Assembly: GCA_965215605.1 (NCBI GenBank)
Contig: OZ244070.1
Coordinates: 3,392,001 to 3,456,000, forward strand
Origin: an uncultured Candidatus Binatia bacterium
GTDB taxonomy: Bacteria > Desulfobacterota > Binatia > UBA9968 > JAJDTQ01
Reading direction: 5' to 3'
Length of the DNA stretch: 64,000 nucleotides
The translations under genes and the position numbers were made by a program. This document shows positions 1 to 9,446 of this stretch, piece by piece. Under the pieces are notes generated by a model. The model ran no database searches. It had not been told where the DNA came from and saw nothing but the letters and a program-made list of their open reading frames with translations. The first letter of the stretch is position 1. Every line of letters starts with the position of its first letter.

Positions 1-31
1 CGACGCCCTGATGGACCTCTTCGCGCAGTAG
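1..31 (+). CDS. 3' end of an upstream CDS (partial, ...DALMDLFAQ*)
   Basis: Open frame with GC-rich third positions ending at TAG 29-31, 12 nt before the next ATG; too short to identify. Confidence 0.4.
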   Translation, partial: DALMDLFAQ

Positions 32-43
32 TGTCCGGCATCC

Positions 44-2119
44 ATGTATCGCGTCGGCGTTGACATCGGCGGGACCTTCACGGATCTGCTGTTGGTTGCG
101 GATGACGGCACGTCCTTCATCGGCAAGACCCTGACCACCCACGGGGACCCCAGCGTGGCGGTGGAAACGGCCATGCGCGAGGGGCTGGAGGCGGGCATCG
201 TGGACCGCGCCCAGCAGGGCACGGTGGTGCACGGCACCACGCTGGTCACCAACGCCCTGATCGAACGCAAGGGCGCCCTGACGGCGCTGCTCACCACCGA
301 GGGTTTCCGGGACGCGCTGGAGATCGGCCGCGAGCACCGCTACGAGCTCTACGACCTCGATCTCGAGCTGCCCAGGCCGCTGGTGCCGCGCTACCTGCGC
401 TTCGACGTGCCGGAGCGGGTCGCCGCGGACGGAACCGTGCTCAAGCCCCTGGATGAGGACTTCGTGCGGAGCCTGGTGGCGGAGCTGCGGGACAAGGGCG
501 TCCGGGCGATAGCGGTGTGCTACCTCAACAGCTTCCGCAACGCCGTCCACGAGCGCCGCACGCAGGAGCTCATCGCCGAGGTGGCGCCGCACATCCGCGT
601 GTCGGTGAGCGCTGATGTGGTGCCCGAGATCCGCGAGTTCCAACGCACCAGCACCACCGCCGCCAACGTCTACGTGCAGGAACGCGTGGCCGCCTATCTC
701 CAGGAACTGCAACAGCGACTGGACGGGTTGCGGTTCTCCGGCAGCTTCTTCGTGATGCTTTCGAGCGGCGGCATCGGCACCCCGGAGACGGCCGCCCGGT
801 TCCCGGTGCGGATGCTGGAATCGGGGCCGGCGGCGGGGGCGCTGGCGGCGGCCGCGCTGGGACAGCGCGCGGGCTATCCCGATCTCCTCTCCTTCGACAT
901 GGGCGGCACCACCGCCAAGCTCTGTGCCGTCGAGAACGGTTACCCGCTCAAGGCCCGGGAGTTCGAGGTGGACCGGGTCTACCGCTTCCGCAAGGGCAGC
1001 GGCCTGCCCATCAAGATACCGGTCATCGACATGATCGAGATCGGCGCCGGCGGCGGCAGCATCGCCCGGGTGGACGCGCTCGGGCTCCTCAAGGTGGGAC
1101 CCGACAGCGCCGGAGCCGAGCCCGGGCCGGCCTGCTACGGCCGTGGCGGCGCGGGCGCGACGGTCACCGACGCCAACCTGATCCTGGGTTATTTCGACCC
1201 CGACTACTTCCTCGGCGGCGAGATGAAGCTCGACGTGGAAGCGGCCCGGCAGGCCCTTGCCGGCGTAGCCGGCAAGCTCGACATGCGAGTGGAGGAGGTC
1301 GCCTGGGGCATCCACCAGATCGTCAACGAGAACATGGCCAACGCCGCCCGCGCGCATCTGGGGGAACGCGGCAAGGACCCGCGGGAGCTGCCCATGTATG
1401 CCTTCGGCGGCGCCGGGCCGGTGCACGGCTGCCACGTGGCGGAGCTGCTGCACCTGCCCACGCTCATCTCCCCCATGGGGGCGGGCGTGGGGTCGACCTT
1501 CGGGCTCCTGGCGGCGCCGCTGGCCTTCGACTTCGTGCGCAGTGCCTACAGCCTGCTGGACGAGTTGGACTGGTCCTTCGTCAACGGCCTGTTCGATGGC
1601 ATGTGCGCCGAGGGGCGCGCTATCCTGGAGCCGTCGGGACTGGCGCCGGACGAGATCGTCTACGAGCGTACAGCGGACATGCGCTACACCGGGCAGGGCC
1701 ACGAGGTGTCGGTGCCCATACCCGACGGCGTCCTTGACGCGAGCCATCTGGGCGCCATCACCGAGGCCTTCGAGCGCACCTACGAGCACATGTACGGGCG
1801 GACGGTTCCGGACGTGGTGGTGGAGGTGATCAACTGGCGCGTGGTGGCGCGGGGGCCGGAGCAGCCGCTCAACTTCTCGACCCGCGGCGCCAGGGCGGCG
1901 GGCGCCAAGGCGCAAAAGGGCACGCGCCCGGTGTACTCGGCGGGCCGAGGACGGTTCGTGGAGACCGCGGTCTACGACCGCTATTCCCTGACGCCGGGAA
2001 TGACCTTCCCGGGGCCGGCCATCGTGGAGGAGCGGGAGTCCACCTTGGTGGTGACCGCCCGCAGCCGCGCCCGGGTTGACGATAATCTGAACGTAATCGT
2101 AGAGTTCGACTATGAGTAA
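44..2119 (+). CDS. Hydantoinase A / 5-oxoprolinase family ATP-binding subunit
   Basis: GVDIGGTFTD, HGTTLVTNA, ESGPAAG, DMGGTT, GAGGGSIA, AFGGAGP motifs. Confidence 0.93.
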   Translation: MYRVGVDIGGTFTDLLLVADDGTSFIGKTLTTHGDPSVAVETAMREGLEAGIVDRAQQGTVVHGTTLVTNALIERKGALTALLTTEGFRDALEIGREHRYELYDLDLELPRPLVPRYLRFDVPERVAADGTVLKPLDEDFVRSLVAELRDKGVRAIAVCYLNSFRNAVHERRTQELIAEVAPHIRVSVSADVVPEIREFQRTSTTAANVYVQERVAAYLQELQQRLDGLRFSGSFFVMLSSGGIGTPETAARFPVRMLESGPAAGALAAAALGQRAGYPDLLSFDMGGTTAKLCAVENGYPLKAREFEVDRVYRFRKGSGLPIKIPVIDMIEIGAGGGSIARVDALGLLKVGPDSAGAEPGPACYGRGGAGATVTDANLILGYFDPDYFLGGEMKLDVEAARQALAGVAGKLDMRVEEVAWGIHQIVNENMANAARAHLGERGKDPRELPMYAFGGAGPVHGCHVAELLHLPTLISPMGAGVGSTFGLLAAPLAFDFVRSAYSLLDELDWSFVNGLFDGMCAEGRAILEPSGLAPDEIVYERTADMRYTGQGHEVSVPIPDGVLDASHLGAITEAFERTYEHMYGRTVPDVVVEVINWRVVARGPEQPLNFSTRGARAAGAKAQKGTRPVYSAGRGRFVETAVYDRYSLTPGMTFPGPAIVEERESTLVVTARSRARVDDNLNVIVEFDYE

Positions 2120-3830
2120 GACCGTCATCGATCCCGTAACCCTCGAGGTCATCTGGAACCGGCTCCTGTCGGTGGCCAACGAGCAGCAGGACGCGCTCAT
2201 GCGCACGGCCTTCAGCACCATCGTGCGGGAGAGCCAGGATCTGGCCTGCGGCCTGTTCGACACCCGAGGCCGCATGGTGGCGCAGTCGGTCAGCGGCACG
2301 CCCGGACACATCAACGCCATGGCCACCTCCATGGGGCACTTCCTGCGGGAGTTCCCGGCGGACACGCTGGCGCCCGGGGACGTGCTCATCACCAACGACC
2401 CGTGGCAGACCGCCGGACACGTCAACGACATCACCATCACCACGCCCATCTTCCGGGCCGGGCAGCTCGTGGCGTTCTTCGCCAACACCTGCCACGCCGC
2501 GGACATCGGCGGCCGCATCCTTTCCGCCGAGGCCCGGGAGGTGTACGAGGAGGGGCTTCGGATCCCCATCATGAAGCTTTTCCACGCGGGCGAGCCCGAC
2601 CCCATCCTGCTCAAGATGATCCGCGCCAACGTCCGGCTGCCCCATGAGGTGGTCAGTGACTTCTACGCCCAATCCGCCTGCAACGACGCCGGCGGCCGGG
2701 CGCTCATCGAGACCATGGACGAGTTCGAGCTGGAAAGCTTCGATCCCGTGGCCGAAGAGATCATCAGCCGCTCCGAGAAGGCCGTGCGCGCGGCCATCGC
2801 CGGGCTTGAGGACGGCGCGTGGGAAGGGGAGACCTGGAGCGACGGCTTCGAGGAGCCGATCCACATCAAGACCAGGCTGGAGGTGCGGGGAGACGAGATC
2901 TTCATCGACTTCACCGGCTCGTCGCCCCAGAGCCGCCGCGGCATCAACGTGGTGATGAACTACACCCACGCCTACGCCAGCTTTGCGGCCAAGGCGGCCA
3001 TCTACCCCGACGTGCCCCACAACGAGGGGAGCTTCCGTCCGGTGCACGTGAGCGCGCCCGCCGGCTGCATCCTCAACGCCAACGAACCGGCGCCGGTGGC
3101 GGCGCGGCAGACCGTGGGCCATTTCGTGCCCACCGCGGTGTTCACCGCCCTCGCCAAGGCGCTGCCGGGAAAGCTCATGGCTCCCAGCGCCGACCCCATC
3201 TGGCTCAGCGTGTGGCGCGGCCAGGACCCCTCGTTCAATCTCACGGTGTTCCAGGTGGGCGGCACCGGCGCGCGTCCCACCAAGGACGGCCTCAGCGCGG
3301 TGGGCTTCCCCAGCGGCGTGGCGGGGGTGCCCGCGGAGGTCATCGAGAGCCTGTCGCCGCTGGTCATGCGCCGGCGCGAGCTCAGGGTGGATTCCGGCGG
3401 TGCCGGCACCTGGCGCGGCGGCCTCGGCCAGTTCACGGAGTTCGCCAACCGCGCCCACGGCCAGTGGAGCGTCAACGGCATCCTCGACCGCACCCGTTAC
3501 GCCGCCCCCGGCATCATGGGCGGCGGTCCGGGGCTCCCCGGCGAGTTCATCCTCGACGGCGGCGAGCGCCCCAATCCCAAGGCCCAGACCCATCTGGGGG
3601 GGGACCGCAGCGTGCAGTTGAACCATCCCGGAGGGGGCGGCTACGGCGAGCCCTTCCAGCGCGACGCCGAACGCGTCCGCGCGGACGTGGTCTACGGCTA
3701 CATCACTCCGGAGGCCGCCGCCAGGGACTACGGCGTGGTGGTGCGCTTCACCGGCGGCGACGACGAGAAGGTCCGGCTGCCGGAGCAGTGGGTGATCGAC
3801 GAGGCGGCGACGCGGGAACTGCGGGAATGA
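2112..3830 (+). CDS. Hydantoinase B / oxoprolinase family subunit
   Basis: DPVTLEV, RTAFS..RE, NDPW..GHxxD, HAADIGG, EEGLRIP, DSGGAG..RGG, PGGGGYG; overlaps subunit A by 8 nt. Confidence 0.93.
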   Translation: MSKTVIDPVTLEVIWNRLLSVANEQQDALMRTAFSTIVRESQDLACGLFDTRGRMVAQSVSGTPGHINAMATSMGHFLREFPADTLAPGDVLITNDPWQTAGHVNDITITTPIFRAGQLVAFFANTCHAADIGGRILSAEAREVYEEGLRIPIMKLFHAGEPDPILLKMIRANVRLPHEVVSDFYAQSACNDAGGRALIETMDEFELESFDPVAEEIISRSEKAVRAAIAGLEDGAWEGETWSDGFEEPIHIKTRLEVRGDEIFIDFTGSSPQSRRGINVVMNYTHAYASFAAKAAIYPDVPHNEGSFRPVHVSAPAGCILNANEPAPVAARQTVGHFVPTAVFTALAKALPGKLMAPSADPIWLSVWRGQDPSFNLTVFQVGGTGARPTKDGLSAVGFPSGVAGVPAEVIESLSPLVMRRRELRVDSGGAGTWRGGLGQFTEFANRAHGQWSVNGILDRTRYAAPGIMGGGPGLPGEFILDGGERPNPKAQTHLGGDRSVQLNHPGGGGYGEPFQRDAERVRADVVYGYITPEAAARDYGVVVRFTGGDDEKVRLPEQWVIDEAATRELRE

Positions 3831-3876
3831 CCAATTCGGTTTGCGGTGCGATCTCCACTACGAGTGACGTGAGATC

Positions 3877-4644
3877 ATGATTCTGTCCGGACGCATTGCG
3901 CTCGTTACAGGGGCTGCCACCGGCATCGGCCGCGCGACGGTGCTGGAGCTGGCGCGGGCCGGCGTCGCCGGCGTCGCCATCAACTACCGTTCGGCCAAGG
4001 ACCAGGCGGAGGGCTTGGCGGCGGAGGCGCGGGAGTTGGGCGTCGAGGCCCTCTGCGTTCACGGGGACGTTCGGGACGACGCCCACGTGCGCGGCATGGT
4101 GGATCAGACGGTGGAGCGGTTCGGGCGCCTGGATATCCTGGTGAACAACGCCGGCATCACCCGCTGGGTGCCGATCACGGACATGGAGGCGTTGACCGAC
4201 GAGATCTGGGACATGACCCTGGACGTCAACGTGAAGGGCGCGTACCGGTGCGCCCGGGCGGCCGCGCCGCACCTCAAGGCCGCCGGGGGAATGATCGTCA
4301 ACGTGTCTTCCATCTCCGGCGTCATCGCGCCTTCCACCATGTCGTCGCTCGCCTACGGCACCGCCAAGGCCGGACTCATCTACCTGACCCGCGGCCTTGC
4401 CGTGGCCCTGGGGCCGGAGATCCGGGTCAACGCCGTGGCCCCCGCGTTCACCGACACCCAGTGGATGCGCGACCACTACGGCGCGGACTACGAGGACATC
4501 ATCCACCGCGCCTCCGCCAACTATCCGCTCAAGCGGGTGGGGAAGCCGGAAGAGGTGGCGGGCGCCATCCTGGGCCTGATCACCGGCGGAGATTTCGTGA
4601 CCGGCCAGACGCTGCTTGTGGATGGCGGCCTGAGCCTGAGCTGA
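3877..4644 (+). CDS. Short-chain dehydrogenase/reductase (SDR)
   Basis: TGAATGIG, NNAG, YGTAK catalytic motif, VTGQTLLVDGG. Confidence 0.93.
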   Translation: MILSGRIALVTGAATGIGRATVLELARAGVAGVAINYRSAKDQAEGLAAEARELGVEALCVHGDVRDDAHVRGMVDQTVERFGRLDILVNNAGITRWVPITDMEALTDEIWDMTLDVNVKGAYRCARAAAPHLKAAGGMIVNVSSISGVIAPSTMSSLAYGTAKAGLIYLTRGLAVALGPEIRVNAVAPAFTDTQWMRDHYGADYEDIIHRASANYPLKRVGKPEEVAGAILGLITGGDFVTGQTLLVDGGLSLS

Positions 4645-4657
4645 GCAGGGACCTCCC

Positions 4658-5308
4658 ATGACCAAGACGGAGTTGATGACCGCCATGCAGGCACACCGCC
4701 TGGTGGCGGTGATTCGTTCCGGGACCGCGGAGGAGGCGCTGGCCACCGCCCGGGCCGTGGGCGAGGCCGGGGTGCGGTTCGTGGAGGTGACCTTCACCGT
4801 TCCCGGGGCCGCGGAGGTCATCCGGACGCTGGCGGGCGAGGGCCAGGTGCACGTGGGCGCCGGCACGGTGCTGTCCGAGGAACAGGCCCACACGGGCATC
4901 GAGGCGGGTGCACGGTTCATCGTCTCGCCGAGCCTGGAGTTGAACCTCGTGCCGCTCTGCCGTGAGGCGGGCGTGGCCTCCATCCCGGCCGGCGCGACCC
5001 CGACGGAGGTGGTGCAGGCGTTGCGCGCCGGCGCCGACCTGGTGAAGATATTCCCCGCGGACTGCGTCGGCGGACCGCATTTCATCCGGCAGATGCTGGG
5101 CCCATTCCCCGATGCCCGCTTCATGGTCTCGGGGGGCGTCAACAAGGACAATGTCGCCGAGTACGCCCTCCTGGGGGTGACGGGCATCGTGCTGGGCAGC
5201 GCCTTTCTGGCCGACGTCCTGGCACGGGAAGGCCACGCCGGGCTCGTGGCCAAGGCGCGGGAGTTCGTGATGCTGGTGGACGATGCGCTGGGCGCGGTTG
5301 CGGGTTGA
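4658..5308 (+). CDS. KDPG/KHG aldolase family protein
   Basis: VEVTF, GAGTV, FIVSP, TPTE, VKIFPA, GGV motifs. Confidence 0.9.
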   Translation: MTKTELMTAMQAHRLVAVIRSGTAEEALATARAVGEAGVRFVEVTFTVPGAAEVIRTLAGEGQVHVGAGTVLSEEQAHTGIEAGARFIVSPSLELNLVPLCREAGVASIPAGATPTEVVQALRAGADLVKIFPADCVGGPHFIRQMLGPFPDARFMVSGGVNKDNVAEYALLGVTGIVLGSAFLADVLAREGHAGLVAKAREFVMLVDDALGAVAG

Positions 5309-5357
5309 AAGCGGCCGTCGAGAACCTCGCTTCGGAGCATACAGGAGGGAGAAGCGT

Positions 5358-6341
5358 ATGACCCCGAGAACGCGGATAACAATTGCGATTCTGGCTCTGG
5401 GCATCTTCGCGTGCACTGCCGCACAGGCTCGAACGACCGCCGGGGAAGTGAAGGACCCTGAAAGCCTGAAGGCCTTTGTCGAAGGGGCGAAGGCGTATAT
5501 TGAATCGATCACGGAAATGAACGAAGGCGCAAAGCTCAGGCAGGGGCTGAGAACGGAGGGCGACTGGAAGTCCGGCTCGACGTTCCTGGTCGTCTTCCTC
5601 AAGAGCGGGGAGCCGTTCATCCACGGGAACGATCGCGCGGCGGAGAGCAAGAATCTGCTCGGCGTCGAGGATGAACGCGGAACCAAGGTCGTCAAGGAAC
5701 TCTTCGCGGCCGCTGCAGGGGGCGGCGGTTTCGTCGAATACCACGACAAGGGGCCCAAGACGGCCTACGCTGTCGAATACACCTCCGGGATCACCAAGAG
5801 ACGATACGTACTGGTCGGCGGCTACTCACAGGACGTCTCCCATGTCGCAATCCAGATACCGGATCTGCCGAGGCCCGCCGTCACCGCATCGCAGGTCGTG
5901 GACCGGGAGACACTCGTCACCTTCGTCGAGGAAGCGGCCAAGACGTACCGCAAAGCGGTTATGTCCGAAGGCTTCCGCGGCCTCATCGGGGTCAGAAACG
6001 CCTTCCGGGTGGAAGGAGGGGACTGGAAATCAGGTTCCATCTACCTGTGGGTCGTCAGTGGCGGGGGCGTCACCCTGTTTCACGGATCGGAGCCGTATCG
6101 CGAAGGGAAGCCCACGGACATGGTGAGGACGGACTCCAAGGGTTTGAAGATCGCCCAGGAGCTGATCGGAGGCGCGCGGCGCGAGGGCCGGAAGTTCCTG
6201 CGGTACCACTATGACAACCCGGCCATCCAAGGAGACGAGGAGACCGGTTCCCCGAAGTTCGGCTACGCGGTGAGCTTCCCGGGACCGAACACGAAGCAAC
6301 GGTTGGTGATCGGCTCCGGGGTCTACCTGTCCGGGAAGTGA
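5358..6341 (+). CDS. Secreted protein with two tandem Cache-like domains
   Basis: RBS AGGAGG before ATG 5358; signal peptide; internal repeat EG(G)DWKSGS(T/I)(F/Y)L; GGFVEY / FLRYHYDNP..K..Y..GSG pattern of single-Cache domains. Confidence 0.7.
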   Translation: MTPRTRITIAILALGIFACTAAQARTTAGEVKDPESLKAFVEGAKAYIESITEMNEGAKLRQGLRTEGDWKSGSTFLVVFLKSGEPFIHGNDRAAESKNLLGVEDERGTKVVKELFAAAAGGGGFVEYHDKGPKTAYAVEYTSGITKRRYVLVGGYSQDVSHVAIQIPDLPRPAVTASQVVDRETLVTFVEEAAKTYRKAVMSEGFRGLIGVRNAFRVEGGDWKSGSIYLWVVSGGGVTLFHGSEPYREGKPTDMVRTDSKGLKIAQELIGGARREGRKFLRYHYDNPAIQGDEETGSPKFGYAVSFPGPNTKQRLVIGSGVYLSGK

Positions 6342-6421
6342 CGGCGAGCGGGCAGCCAGCGGCCGCTCGATACCGCCCTTCGGCAGTGCGACGGTCCGCC
6401 TTGTCAAGTCCTTTGTAATCA

Positions 6422-7597
6422 ATGGCGAACCGGCAAGCACAACGGATGGAGGGGGTGCCGTTCTCGGGCATCCGGAAGATGATGGCCCGGGCGTGGGAGC
6501 TCGAGGGAGAGGGGAAGCCGGTGATACACCTTGAGATCGGCCGCCCCGACTTCGACACACCGGGCCACATCAAGGCGGCGGCCCAAAAGGCTCTGGACGA
6601 AGGCAAGGTCCACTACACCTCCAACTACGGCGTGCCGGAGATCACCCGCGCCATCGCCGCCAAGCTTCGCTCGGACAACGGCCTGGACTTCGACGAGAAC
6701 GGCGAGATTGCCGTTACCATCGGCGCCAACGAGGCGGTCTTCATGGCCGTCATGGCGTTCATCGACGAGGGCGACGAGGTGCTGGTGCCGGACCCGTCGT
6801 GGCTCAACTACTTCCACTGCATCACCCTGGGCGGGGGGGTGCCGGTGAGCGTGCCGCTCCGGGCGGAGAACGACTTCCGCATGGACGCGGACGACGTGGC
6901 GCGCTTGGTGACGCCGCGCACCCGCATGATGGTGGTGATGAGCCCCCACAACCCCACCGGCGCCGTGCTCGACCGGGGCCGTCTGGAAGCGCTGGCGGCG
7001 CTGGCCCGGGAGCACGACCTGCTGGTGCTGTCCGACGAGATCTACGAGAAGCTGCTGTACGACGGCGCTGTCCACCACAGCATCGGAACCCTGCGGGGCA
7101 TGCGCGAGCGCACGCTGGTGGTGAACGGCTTTTCCAAGAGCTACTCCATGACCGGATGGCGCCTGGGCTATATCGCGGCGCCCCGGAATCTCATGGACGT
7201 GCTCATACGCGTGCACCAGTACACGGTGCTGTGCGCCACGTCTTTCGGCCAGTACGGCGCCGCGGCCGCCTACGAGGGGCCGCAGGACTGCGTGGAAGCC
7301 ATGCGGCGGGAATTCGCCCGGCGCCGTGAGCTTATCCTGCGGCGGCTTCGGGCCATGGAGGGCATCGAGTGCGCGGTGCCGGAAGGGGCCTTCTATGCCT
7401 TCCCCGACATCGGCGCCCTGGGCCGGCCGTCCGAGGAGGTGTCCCTGCACCTGCTGGAGGACGCCTACATCGCCACCGTCCCCGGCAGCGCCTTCGGCCG
7501 GTACGGCGAGGGGCATATCAGGCTGGCGTACTCCAACTCCTACGAGAACATCGAGGAAGCCATGGACCGCATGGAGGCGAGCCTGGCGAGGCTGTAG
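6422..7597 (+). CDS. PLP-dependent aminotransferase class I/II
   Basis: IGRPDF, PHNPTG, SDEIY, NGFSKSYSMTGWRLG. Confidence 0.93.
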   Translation: MANRQAQRMEGVPFSGIRKMMARAWELEGEGKPVIHLEIGRPDFDTPGHIKAAAQKALDEGKVHYTSNYGVPEITRAIAAKLRSDNGLDFDENGEIAVTIGANEAVFMAVMAFIDEGDEVLVPDPSWLNYFHCITLGGGVPVSVPLRAENDFRMDADDVARLVTPRTRMMVVMSPHNPTGAVLDRGRLEALAALAREHDLLVLSDEIYEKLLYDGAVHHSIGTLRGMRERTLVVNGFSKSYSMTGWRLGYIAAPRNLMDVLIRVHQYTVLCATSFGQYGAAAAYEGPQDCVEAMRREFARRRELILRRLRAMEGIECAVPEGAFYAFPDIGALGRPSEEVSLHLLEDAYIATVPGSAFGRYGEGHIRLAYSNSYENIEEAMDRMEASLARL

Positions 7598-7617
7598 GGC
7601 GGAAACCGGAGGAATCA

Positions 7618-8607
7618 ATGGCAAACATCGAGTTGACGCTGGCATGTGAGGACTACGACCGCACCCGGGCGCTGAAGGATGGGTTGGTGAAGCCCGAGGG
7701 CATCGATCTCAACTACGTGGCGCTGCCGGTGGAGGAGATCTTCTGGCGCATGCTTCACTTCCAGGAGTTCGACGCCGCCGAGATGTCCATGGGCGCCTAC
7801 CACGTGGACGCCTCGCGCGGCCACCAGCCGTTCATCGCCATCCCGGTGTTCCCGTCCCGCATGTTCCGCCACCGCTGCATCTTCGTGAACGCCGCGTCCG
7901 GGATCAAGAAGCCCGAGGATCTCAAGGGCCGGCGCGTGGGCGTGCCCGAGTACACCATGACGGCCTCCGTGTGGGTGCGGGGCATGCTGCAGCACGACTA
8001 TGGCGTGGAGGCGAAGGACGTTCACTGGATCCAGGGCGGGGTGGAGCAGCCCGGCCGCAAGGACCGGGTGCCCTTCGAAGCCCCGGCCGGGGTCGAGATC
8101 GACACCGAAGAGGAGAGGACCCTCGACGACATGCTGGAGAAGGGCGACATCGACGCGCTGGTGTCGGCGCGCATGCCGTCCTGCTTCGTGCGCCGGGCCC
8201 CCAGCATCACCCGCCTGTTCGAGGACTGCCGGGCCGCGGAGATGGATTACTTCCGCCGCACCGGGCTGTTCCCCATCATGCACTGCGTGGTGGTGCGCCG
8301 GGAGATCCACGAGGCCCACCCTTGGGTGACCCAGAACCTCTACAAGGCGTTCTGCCAGGCCAAGGACCTGTGCGTGTCGCAGATATATGACACCAACGTG
8401 CTGCGCACACACCAACTCTGGTATCTGTTCGAGTACGAGGAAACGGTGGACCTCATGGGCGAGGACTACTGGCCCTACGGCTTCGAGAGCAACCGCAAGA
8501 CCCTGGAGACCTTCCACTCCTACCTGCTGGAGCAGGGCGTCATCAAGAACCCCGTGGACGTGGCCAGCCTGTACGCCGCCAACACCCGCGAAGCCTTCAA
8601 GATCTGA
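7618..8607 (+). CDS. 4,5-dihydroxyphthalate decarboxylase-like / type 2 periplasmic-binding fold protein
   Basis: LTLACEDYDRT, EIFWRM, PVFPSRMFRH, GVPEYTMTA, FPIMH, YWPYG; RBS GGAGGA before ATG 7618. Confidence 0.8.
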   Translation: MANIELTLACEDYDRTRALKDGLVKPEGIDLNYVALPVEEIFWRMLHFQEFDAAEMSMGAYHVDASRGHQPFIAIPVFPSRMFRHRCIFVNAASGIKKPEDLKGRRVGVPEYTMTASVWVRGMLQHDYGVEAKDVHWIQGGVEQPGRKDRVPFEAPAGVEIDTEEERTLDDMLEKGDIDALVSARMPSCFVRRAPSITRLFEDCRAAEMDYFRRTGLFPIMHCVVVRREIHEAHPWVTQNLYKAFCQAKDLCVSQIYDTNVLRTHQLWYLFEYEETVDLMGEDYWPYGFESNRKTLETFHSYLLEQGVIKNPVDVASLYAANTREAFKI

Positions 8608-8622
8608 GGGCCTCCCGGCGGA

Positions 8623-9378
8623 TCACTGGAACGGCACGCCGTAGGACGGGCGGACGCGGAAGTAGTCGCTGACGTACTCGTTGGCGGGGTGGCGCATGAC
8701 GTTCTCGGCGGTCCCCACCTGCACCATGCGGCCCTCGTGCATCAGCGCAATGCGGTCGGCGAGTTCCAGCGCGTCTTCCAGGTTGTGGGTCACGAGAAGG
8801 GTGGTAAGGCGTTGCTCCTTGTGGAACGCGCGGATCTCGGCGCGCACCCGGCGGCGGTTGGGCGGGTCCAGGTTGCTGAGGGGCTCGTCCATGAGCATGA
8901 TCTGAGGGAAGGTGGTCATGGCCCGCGCCAGGGCCACCCGTTGCTGCTGGCCCGCGGACAGCTCCTGCGGCTTGCGCTCGAACAGCCGCTCCTCGATGTT
9001 GAGGGCCTTGGCCAGGGGCCGGATGAGCTCGCGGATGGCGCCCACGGACCACTTCCGGATGCGCAGCGGCAGCGTCAGGTTGGCGTACTTCCGGTCTTCG
9101 AAGACGCGCATGTGGGGCCACAGCGCGTAGCTCTGGAAGATGAGCTGGACGTCTCTCCGTCCCGGGGGCACGTCATTCACGGGAACGCCGCCGATGAGGA
9201 CCTCGCCCGTGTCCGGGGTTTCCAGCCCGGCGATGATGCGCAGCAGCGTGGTCTTGCCGCTGCCGCTCTCCCCGATGATGACCAGGAACTCTCCCTGGTT
9301 CACGGCGAGGTCGAAGCCGTCCACGGCCGTCACCGCCCCGAATCGCTTGCCGATATCGCGCAGCACCAGGTTCTTCAC
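8623..9378 (-). CDS. ABC transporter ATP-binding protein (MalK/PotA-like, no C-terminal regulatory domain)
   Basis: Walker A GESGSGKT, FQSYALWPHM, LSAGQQQR, MDEPLSNLD, VTH; probable GTG start 9378. Confidence 0.88.
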   Translation of the reverse strand: MKNLVLRDIGKRFGAVTAVDGFDLAVNQGEFLVIIGESGSGKTTLLRIIAGLETPDTGEVLIGGVPVNDVPPGRRDVQLIFQSYALWPHMRVFEDRKYANLTLPLRIRKWSVGAIRELIRPLAKALNIEERLFERKPQELSAGQQQRVALARAMTTFPQIMLMDEPLSNLDPPNRRRVRAEIRAFHKEQRLTTLLVTHNLEDALELADRIALMHEGRMVQVGTAENVMRHPANEYVSDYFRVRPSYGVPFQ

Positions 9379-9446
9379 GGCGCCATGGTACGGCAACGGC
9401 GGGGCCAATTCAAACCGGCCGGGGGTTGGGGAATGAAGGTGAATCC

